Shown here in pieces: positions 57,070-64,000 of a stretch of 64,000 nucleotides of DNA (the stretch's first letter is position 1; each line of letters begins with the position of its first letter). The position numbers were made by a program, and so were the translations under genes. Origin of the DNA: a virus (Duplodnaviria > Caudoviricetes); the IMG/VR virus record IMGVR_UViG_3300031993_000004, positions 160,001-224,000 of that record; one strand, written 5' to 3'. The notes under the pieces are model-generated. The model ran no database searches. It saw nothing but the letters and a program-made list of their open reading frames with translations, and was not told where the DNA came from.

Positions 57070-58050
57070 TCAGATCATTCCTTCCGGGAGTGTGACATTC
57101 CGCTTCCAAATGCCTTGCGAACGATTAATCGGTTTGACTTTCAAAATCTGACTCAGAAGCTTATTCAGATCTGTTTGCATCTGCGTAAGATACTGCTTCG
57201 AATGCGGAACGACGTAACGATCATCATTCATATCGAGGCAAGTCAGATAGAAGTCAACCAACTCAATCTTGGAGCAGGTATAACCAGCAAGCATCGCTTG
57301 GTCATTGGAATCCTGAATGGCGTTGAGCTCGACAGTGATATATGCGACAACATCACGCGGAATCGGCTTCAACTTCTTTGGACGACGAGCGAAAAACGCT
57401 TCTTGTTCGACGTGTTCTTCGGGATTGAAATCATCATCTTCGAAATCATCATCGTCGACTGGGGACTGATCTTCCAGATTCTTGATATCGTTGACCTCAT
57501 GTTTGGTTTCACGAATATCATCCTTCAGATCTGTAGGCAACGATGTATGATCTCTTGTGTCAAGATAATGATCAGTCAACTTCTCGACTTCAGCATCAGG
57601 TTCCTTCAACTGCGTCATGAAGTTGTTACCGTTCTGAACACCGAGATCGATCTCCAATGTTCCATCGTCAGACATTTTACCCATGACACCAGTCAGGATA
57701 ATCTTCAGATGTTTTGGAGTATCGATACCACAACGCGTCATCGCATTGCATGGAAGATTCTGCATCATCACGCCAGTTGCATGATTATCCAGCTCTTCAG
57801 CATCATCAAAGATTGTACCCTTTGCAATTGCATCAGCAACCGATTCGAGTTGAATTTCGGTTACATCATTTGGATACAGCAGATGAATATGGTCCTCTGT
57901 TGTATATGCACGAATTGTCGTTCCTTTATAAGAATCAACAATCACTCGACGTTTCCGGTTCGGATGTTTGATCTTGGCATACTCTGTAATGGCTTTAAAC
58001 TTTCCATTTTCCAGGAATGCTTTAACCATATCGGATCCAAAACCATTCAT
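57070..58050 (-). CDS. Hypothetical virion protein
   Basis: RBS AAGGTGG before ATG 58050; acidic stretch followed by EQE-A and a basic segment. Confidence 0.7.
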   Translation of the reverse strand: MNGFGSDMVKAFLENGKFKAITEYAKIKHPNRKRRVIVDSYKGTTIRAYTTEDHIHLLYPNDVTEIQLESVADAIAKGTIFDDAEELDNHATGVMMQNLPCNAMTRCGIDTPKHLKIILTGVMGKMSDDGTLEIDLGVQNGNNFMTQLKEPDAEVEKLTDHYLDTRDHTSLPTDLKDDIRETKHEVNDIKNLEDQSPVDDDDFEDDDFNPEEHVEQEAFFARRPKKLKPIPRDVVAYITVELNAIQDSNDQAMLAGYTCSKIELVDFYLTCLDMNDDRYVVPHSKQYLTQMQTDLNKLLSQILKVKPINRSQGIWKRNVTLPEGMI

Positions 58051-58096
58051 TAGCAAATCACACCACCTTTCTATATTATTTTTGGAGGTAATCAAT

Positions 58097-58606
58097 ATGA
58101 GTATTCATATCGACTTGTTCACCGCGTATGTGTTCATCGGAATCATCGGATTCATTTCAATCGTATTCGGTACAACAATGATCATCGTGTGCCGTAGACT
58201 GAAGAAGATTCGACATCAATTGGAAGACACCAATCGCTTGTTGTATTTCAATTTAAAGTCAAATATGGAAATCCGTGCTCAGACAAATGAATGTCAAGAG
58301 ACTCTCACTGAAATGCAGTCGAATGTATCAGACTTAGCATCCGGATTGCAGATGAAGCTTCACAGAGAAGCCGAAGCTGCAAAGAAAAAGCATTTCCCAA
58401 AACCAGATGAAGTCGATTCAATCGTATCAACAATCAAAGATTTGATTGAGATAGAGTTTATCAAGCGACATAATCAGCGAAGTCCATTGGGCGGTGCACT
58501 ACCTGACGTGGCCGAACGTGTAATTGCAACCTATCCTGATATATCTATCGATTATATCAATGACAAATGTATTGTCGTTATGGAAGAATTCAACGGCGGA
58601 ATATAA
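58097..58606 (+). CDS. Single-pass membrane protein with coiled coil
   Basis: N-terminal TM LFTAYVFIGIIGFISIVFGTTMIIV followed by RRLKK; RBS GGAGGT. Confidence 0.75.
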   Translation: MSIHIDLFTAYVFIGIIGFISIVFGTTMIIVCRRLKKIRHQLEDTNRLLYFNLKSNMEIRAQTNECQETLTEMQSNVSDLASGLQMKLHREAEAAKKKHFPKPDEVDSIVSTIKDLIEIEFIKRHNQRSPLGGALPDVAERVIATYPDISIDYINDKCIVVMEEFNGGI

Positions 58607-58609
58607 TGA

Positions 58610-58639
58610 ATGATGGCGGGGGATATCCCCCGCCATCAT
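58610..58639. terminator. Bidirectional hairpin terminator
   Basis: ATGATGGCGGGGG-ATAT-CCCCCGCCATCAT between convergent genes. Confidence 0.85.
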
Positions 58640-58666
58640 CATGTCAGGCGTTTTGGTTATGCAGCA

Positions 58667-60928
58667 TTAAGCGTTCTTGGTGTAGTAGGTGTTAGCAGCC
58701 CATGCAGGAGCGACACCAACAACCGCAGTACGCTCACCTTCCTCAGTCGTTGCGACATAGTAGGTGCTGTATGTGGTAGCCCAGTCAGCCGGCTCGGTCT
58801 GGATTGCAGAACCACCAGTTGCAGCGGTGAAGTAGAACTTCGTGGTGTCGAACTCAGGAGCAACTGCAGTCACAGCCTCCATTGCAGTACCAGCCGCGTT
58901 CAGCTTCCAGTAGCTGGTGTAGGTGGTAGCCCAGTTTGCAGGCTCAGAAGTGGTCACAGTGTAACCCTCGGTCGGATCAACCGGAGGAGTCGGAGAACCG
59001 CCAGAGATCAGACCAGCGTTGGAATCCGGAACAAGAACGGTGTTCTTGCAGATCAGGCGAGCCTGGATACCCTGGATTGCGATGGTGCGATACTGGCTGG
59101 AAGTGGTAACCAGAACAGCTGCGCCACCAGGATTCTGAGCATCTGCATACGCTGCATTCTCCGGGCTGTTCGTCAGGTGACGAGCAAAGCGGAGGTGCTT
59201 GTAGGAGATGTGGAATTTATCCATCGGGTAGCCGACGATTTTGTAGAAATATTCACGGGAGACATCGCCTTCCTGTGCGCCGTCCTGATACGGTTCGATG
59301 TTGATGTAAGCATCGACACGGTTGGAAGCAACAACACGGATCGGAACATCGGTATCAGTCATGACACCGAACGCGTGGTTCATCATGACGCCGCCGATTT
59401 CAGTGGACTTCTGAACAGTCCATGTGACGAACTTCTGCAGCAGACGAGCAGCCTTCGGGTTCGCATAAACAACGAAGCCCAGGTTGTCGAGCTTGCCGCG
59501 ATCGCACAGCTCATAGATGAGGGATGCAATGCCGTTGTGGATGATGTTGGTTCTGTACTCGAACGGATCGCCAGCAAAGCTCGGAGAGATTGCGGTCGGA
59601 TCGAGGTCGACGTACTCAGTTGCGGTATAGGACTCGAGGCCCCAGATATCGGACTCAGCGCCGTCATACTTGTTGAACTCTTCATCCAGGAACTGCAGGA
59701 TGTACTCATCCTCGAACATTTCCTGAGCAGTGATCAGCTCCTGCACCAAACGGTTGTACAGATTGAAGTTCAGCGAAGAGTTAGCCTCGACGAAGTCTTC
59801 AACGGTGAACGGAAGCTGGAAGCGAACGCCATCAGCGATCTGGAACTTGCGGATTTCCGGATACTCGCGGAAACCGATGGTGCGCAGGTTGGTTTCGTTG
59901 GAAACGTGACCGCTCACATAGATACCAGTGATGGATCCGCAGGAAGTTGCAGTGATGGTACCCTTGATGAAGTCGATGACACCGGAGAGACGATCTGCGA
60001 CGCCAGTAACAACTTCACCGGTGGTCTTGCCGTTAGCATCAACAACAGCAAGCTTCATGTCCTCGGTGATACCACCATTGAGGAATACGCCGCCGGTCTG
60101 GATATCGATCTGAATACCGCCGTGAGGCAGGCGAACCTTCTTGCCATCGATCTGGACATACTGAATGCCGAAATCGTAGGACAGTCTGGTGCGGACGTTC
60201 GGGGTGACAGTGGTAGGATTGCCGTCATCGTCGAGCAGCCAGTTGAACAGGGAATACTTCTTATTCGTTGCAGCCTGGATAGTAGACAGCGGAAGAACGG
60301 TGTTCTCGTTCAACCGCAGGCCCTTACCAGCGTTCCACAGCTTTTTCCAGATCGGCTGACCATTCTCATCCTTCTGGAAGTAGATTGCCGGGGTCTCATA
60401 CTCTTCACCGGTCTGGTTGTTAACCAGATACTTGATGAAGATTCTCTGCTCGATATTGACCGAAGACGCGGTCTGGACCGGGATCAGGTCCTTACCGAGG
60501 AAGCGGATATACTGCTTAATGAGGGCCGGGAAATCCAGCGTGCTCAGCGGCAGATAGTTCGCGACGTTATAAGACTCCTGGACCATGAAGGACTTCACGG
60601 AAGTGTCCCATGCCTCTTCGAGCTGATCTGCGACAGACTCGAGGTGAATGCGCTCAGTTTTGTCCTCGGATGCGTTCCGAAGCTCATCGAGCAGCGGTTC
60701 GAGAAGCAGCGTCTTATACTCCATCATGACGTTCTTGTCACCCAACATCTTCTTGACGTCGGTCATGACATTGACGCCCATGCGATCCTGAATGACTCCA
60801 ACAGCGGTTTCAAGCTTGGAATCGAACGTGTCACGCATAGTCAACAGCTCAGAATCAGATGCGCTGTTTACGAGGCTCTGCTGTTCCTGGAACCAGTTGT
60901 GGGTACCAGCGTTTCTGCTGAATGCCAT
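58667..60928 (-). CDS. Major capsid protein with C-terminal aromatic repeat extension
   Basis: Strongest codon bias in the window; acidic propeptide ending MVQE-S; size and motifs (PFTVEDF, VVYANPKAARLL, ISYKH) fit jumbo-phage capsid proteins; RBS AAGGAG. Confidence 0.8.
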   Translation of the reverse strand: MAFSRNAGTHNWFQEQQSLVNSASDSELLTMRDTFDSKLETAVGVIQDRMGVNVMTDVKKMLGDKNVMMEYKTLLLEPLLDELRNASEDKTERIHLESVADQLEEAWDTSVKSFMVQESYNVANYLPLSTLDFPALIKQYIRFLGKDLIPVQTASSVNIEQRIFIKYLVNNQTGEEYETPAIYFQKDENGQPIWKKLWNAGKGLRLNENTVLPLSTIQAATNKKYSLFNWLLDDDGNPTTVTPNVRTRLSYDFGIQYVQIDGKKVRLPHGGIQIDIQTGGVFLNGGITEDMKLAVVDANGKTTGEVVTGVADRLSGVIDFIKGTITATSCGSITGIYVSGHVSNETNLRTIGFREYPEIRKFQIADGVRFQLPFTVEDFVEANSSLNFNLYNRLVQELITAQEMFEDEYILQFLDEEFNKYDGAESDIWGLESYTATEYVDLDPTAISPSFAGDPFEYRTNIIHNGIASLIYELCDRGKLDNLGFVVYANPKAARLLQKFVTWTVQKSTEIGGVMMNHAFGVMTDTDVPIRVVASNRVDAYINIEPYQDGAQEGDVSREYFYKIVGYPMDKFHISYKHLRFARHLTNSPENAAYADAQNPGGAAVLVTTSSQYRTIAIQGIQARLICKNTVLVPDSNAGLISGGSPTPPVDPTEGYTVTTSEPANWATTYTSYWKLNAAGTAMEAVTAVAPEFDTTKFYFTAATGGSAIQTEPADWATTYSTYYVATTEEGERTAVVGVAPAWAANTYYTKNA

Positions 60929-60989
60929 TATAAACACTCCTTTTTTATTATTGAATTTGATGCGGATGCATCATGTTGTGTAAACCAAG

Positions 60990-61586
60990 TTATTCAGAAT
61001 CTTTCTGAAACTTCTTCAGAACAGAATCGATTTCTGCTTGCAACAAGGTGTACAAACTGTCGAGTTTCTGAAATTCACTCAGATTCTCTCCGTAACTCAA
61101 ATTCACGAACCTGTTGAGTACATAGTCCTTTGAATGATTGAGTGCGCGGTTCAATCGATTGATCGATTTGTCGTTTTGAGCAACGACATCACTTGGAAGA
61201 ATAGGCAAGATCGCCTGAAGATTATCAAGTGTCTCCTGAATCTCATCGTTCTTCGTCAACCATTGCTGGTAAAGCCTCTGATTCATTATATCATTGGCTT
61301 TCTGAGAAAGATGTTGATTCTGGGGTTCACCATTCTCACCGTCTTGTGAGTTATCTCCATTCTGGTCTTCGCCTTCACCTCCATTTTCATCGAAGCTTAA
61401 ATCCTCCATTCCGCCACCGGGTTCTGGTGGAAGATCATCAGCTCCCATGTCAGTCGGTGTTTGTTCGTTTGTCTGACCTTGTTGCTGATCTGATGCTTCT
61501 GCTGGAGGATCTTCTGAAGGTGTGAATGGTTCAAGCAGATCCCCGTCTGCTTCCATAACAGAATAGAACAAGTTCATATCATCCAT
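60990..61586 (-). CDS. Acidic protein upstream of capsid gene (scaffold/head assembly candidate)
   Basis: Very acidic low-complexity N-half with VME-A; helical C-half; RBS GAGGTG. Confidence 0.55.
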   Translation of the reverse strand: MDDMNLFYSVMEADGDLLEPFTPSEDPPAEASDQQQGQTNEQTPTDMGADDLPPEPGGGMEDLSFDENGGEGEDQNGDNSQDGENGEPQNQHLSQKANDIMNQRLYQQWLTKNDEIQETLDNLQAILPILPSDVVAQNDKSINRLNRALNHSKDYVLNRFVNLSYGENLSEFQKLDSLYTLLQAEIDSVLKKFQKDSE

Positions 61587-61610
61587 CCTGAACAATCACC
61601 TCTTTCATGT

Positions 61611-63998
61611 TTAGTACGCCGATTTCGGATTCGCGAACCGTTGTTTGTGAGCAGCTGAAGACATATCAACAAGTTTCTGACGCATACGCATCAGTTTGTA
61701 CAACTCTTGGCGATCTGCCTCTGATTGCCGTTCACCCCATCTGCTTCCGCTTTTCAGATATTCGATCTTTTCATCGATAATCTGAATCTCAGTTGCAATT
61801 TCTCGATTTGCCTCTTTACGCAGGCGATCACGATCAAGCAGTTTTGCTCCTTCGACGCCAAGATCTAAGACGCCAAGCCAAGGAGCGATGGAATAGAACA
61901 ATGCGAACTTTCCAGTTTTAATTGCCAATCTTGATACCTTATAAAGCGCAGACCGGTAAGATGGATTTTCGACCAGATCCGCTTTCACACGGTCTTCATC
62001 TCTCTTGATGAAAGAATCAACCGTGGTGCGCAACCAATCTTTGGTTCTCCTTATCGGTTTCCTGATTGCTTTGCCGGTGTTCATGACTTTTTGTACACCG
62101 CGTTTCAGAGTTTGCTGCGCAGGTAGCGTAGCTCTGTCAACGTCCATAGCGGTCGTCAACATATCTCCCTTCGGAGGGTTGCCAGAAACCGATTCAACAA
62201 ATAGGGGCTCTTCGGAATTCAGAAGTGCGAACACCTCTTGAATACTTCTTCCGGTAGAAAAAGTATTTGAATCCTTAGAATTTGAAGAAGGTCTGGTATT
62301 ATCTTTATTGTTTGTGGGTGTATTATTAGAGGTGGGATTTGTCTGCTGATGAGAAGACAAATCATTGTGATTTGTGACATTTGACGTCTTTGATCTGTTG
62401 GACAGATCGTTGTTCGTCGTTGTATTGTGAGAATTTGTGTAGTTGTTCGTGATGTTGTAAACAACCGTACCAGGCCCAGCTTGTGAAGCCGGTTTCACTT
62501 CGCCTTTGTAATCCGCTCCAAGCATATCTCCGAGCGATTTGGCATTAACATCCAATCTCGCGTCGATAGATGCTGCTAAATCTTCCGGTTTATTTGCAGG
62601 AATGTCAGGAGGAAGCTGGATGTCCGTAATCATCGGATCAATCTCACCAGTTGCATCCATTCGATTCCGCATATATTCCGGAACTTCGATGTCATCATCG
62701 TCATCGTTGTCATCAGCATATGCAGAAGCCGTAGAACGTTTCTTCTGTTGCTGTTTAGGTTCCTCTTCGACTTTCTTGCGTTCGTCAGAGAGTCCGAGAC
62801 GGGCTTGGATGTATCGTGGCATCTCACCATTCTCTGCAGCTTCCTGAACCAGAGAATACGATTCGGTCGTCAGCCACTTTGCAATTGTAATCGCAGACGA
62901 ACCCATGTTGTACAATGTGTCACCGATTGTCTCGATGTCTGCGTCAAGTGCATCATGGAATGATTCACAATATCTCATATCAGAAATCGAAAGGTCGCCA
63001 AGTTCCTTCATAATTTGCAACGCATATTCGGCAACCTGTGAAGAACCTTCGATCGAAGTCTTGGTTTCCTTTTTCTTTTGATATGGATTCACGGCATGCG
63101 AATTCTGATTGATTCTGCCACGAATACGTTTGATGAATCCATCCAGTGTCTCAGCTTCTTTCTTCTTCTCATCCATCACATGATACAGGATCGTGAAATA
63201 GATATGTGAGTCAAAGATATTGAACGTGGTGAGCAATGTGTTATTTGAGATGATCGCGTTCTCATTGTTTGCCAAATTCAATTTGAAGAAGTCTTCCAGG
63301 AATTGGATTGTTCCTTCCTTATCCGTTTTGAACGTAGAGAACAAATCGATTCTTCCAAATCGCTTTGCTCCTTCATTCTGACGCATAATGGATGTATACG
63401 ATTTCGTGTAATCCTTGAATTCAGCCTTATCGGTTTCCGCAACCTTATCAGGATTCACGAATACACGAACAAGAATTGCAGGAACGACAGCATCTCTGAA
63501 TGCACCAGGATTAATCGTTGCCGTTTTAAATAGTGCAGCCAGATCATCCGTGTCGTCACATGCACGCAGACGATGCAACATGTCATCAATTGATGCAGTG
63601 AACTGCTTTGAGACGTGCCACTTTCCTTTGCTATACCGGATTCCTTCAACCGCAGTTGTGAAGTAATCGATCTTCGCAGCTTCCTGAACATTCTCATTGA
63701 TTACAATAGTGCAGTTCTCCAGATCACCAAATGACTGAAACCGTTGGATTTCAGTATCAGGTTCCATCTCTTCCGGAAGCTTGATTTGATCATTATCAAA
63801 GACGCTGTTGATGTAGTCTGCGGCATCAAACAACTTATATTCACCGGGAAGCTTTGCAATTGATTCAAGCTCCGGCATCGGAATCGGAGATGTGAATGTC
63901 GTGATTGCTTCACGATATCCGGAAGGTTTGGTAAACAACTCGAATGAATAGATACCATTCATCAACGATTCATATTTGTCAAAGTTGTTGGTGATGTA
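61611..63998 (-). CDS. Large putative head protein (5' end outside window)
   Basis: Frame open to the window edge; several VQE-A/IQE sites; Asn/Thr-rich linker; hydrophobic segment near the C-terminus. Confidence 0.6.
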   Translation of the reverse strand, partial: YITNNFDKYESLMNGIYSFELFTKPSGYREAITTFTSPIPMPELESIAKLPGEYKLFDAADYINSVFDNDQIKLPEEMEPDTEIQRFQSFGDLENCTIVINENVQEAAKIDYFTTAVEGIRYSKGKWHVSKQFTASIDDMLHRLRACDDTDDLAALFKTATINPGAFRDAVVPAILVRVFVNPDKVAETDKAEFKDYTKSYTSIMRQNEGAKRFGRIDLFSTFKTDKEGTIQFLEDFFKLNLANNENAIISNNTLLTTFNIFDSHIYFTILYHVMDEKKKEAETLDGFIKRIRGRINQNSHAVNPYQKKKETKTSIEGSSQVAEYALQIMKELGDLSISDMRYCESFHDALDADIETIGDTLYNMGSSAITIAKWLTTESYSLVQEAAENGEMPRYIQARLGLSDERKKVEEEPKQQQKKRSTASAYADDNDDDDDIEVPEYMRNRMDATGEIDPMITDIQLPPDIPANKPEDLAASIDARLDVNAKSLGDMLGADYKGEVKPASQAGPGTVVYNITNNYTNSHNTTTNNDLSNRSKTSNVTNHNDLSSHQQTNPTSNNTPTNNKDNTRPSSNSKDSNTFSTGRSIQEVFALLNSEEPLFVESVSGNPPKGDMLTTAMDVDRATLPAQQTLKRGVQKVMNTGKAIRKPIRRTKDWLRTTVDSFIKRDEDRVKADLVENPSYRSALYKVSRLAIKTGKFALFYSIAPWLGVLDLGVEGAKLLDRDRLRKEANREIATEIQIIDEKIEYLKSGSRWGERQSEADRQELYKLMRMRQKLVDMSSAAHKQRFANPKSAY

Positions 63999-64000
63999 CT

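Noticed and set aside
58610-61117. 835-aa ORF antisense to the major capsid gene
   Set aside because: It is in codon register with the capsid gene, which avoids TTA/CTA/TCA codons because of strong bias, so the antisense frame lacks stops. It starts inside a terminator hairpin, has no RBS and has an unnatural composition.
1-64000. CRISPR arrays, tRNAs, introns/inteins, IS elements, stop-codon recoding
   Set aside because: No regularly spaced repeats, cloverleafs, homing-endonuclease, intein or transposase motifs were seen, and genes are intact under the standard code.

Overview
This window is part of a jumbo myovirus genome of the phiKZ/AR9(PBS1)-like type. It most likely infects a Bacillota host (strong AGGAGG/GAGGTG ribosome-binding sites, CHAP endolysin, M23 and NlpC/P60 tail lysins). 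Left to right it contains: the C-terminus of a GyrB-like topoisomerase subunit; the C-terminal beta' subunit of a phage multisubunit (non-virion-type) RNA polymerase; a degenerate 5'-3' nuclease-fold gene; an early operon with a BCS1-like AAA ATPase; a tail fibre/baseplate block; a RusA resolvase; putative internal head proteins with recurring hydrophobic-Q-E maturation sites; a few small early genes; an endolysin; two giant paralogous tape-measure-like proteins with different cell-wall hydrolase cassettes; and head genes including a major capsid protein with a C-terminal repeat module. The most striking unexplained element is a ~220-nt intergenic structured RNA candidate (19400-19620). It has its own phage-type promoter, two closed domains, a tandem G.A motif, a three-way junction and two loop-to-loop complementarities. 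A second hairpin array displaying GGGGAGG loops lies at 6870-7014. All protein assignments come from motif recognition by eye; no database searches or folding programs were run.
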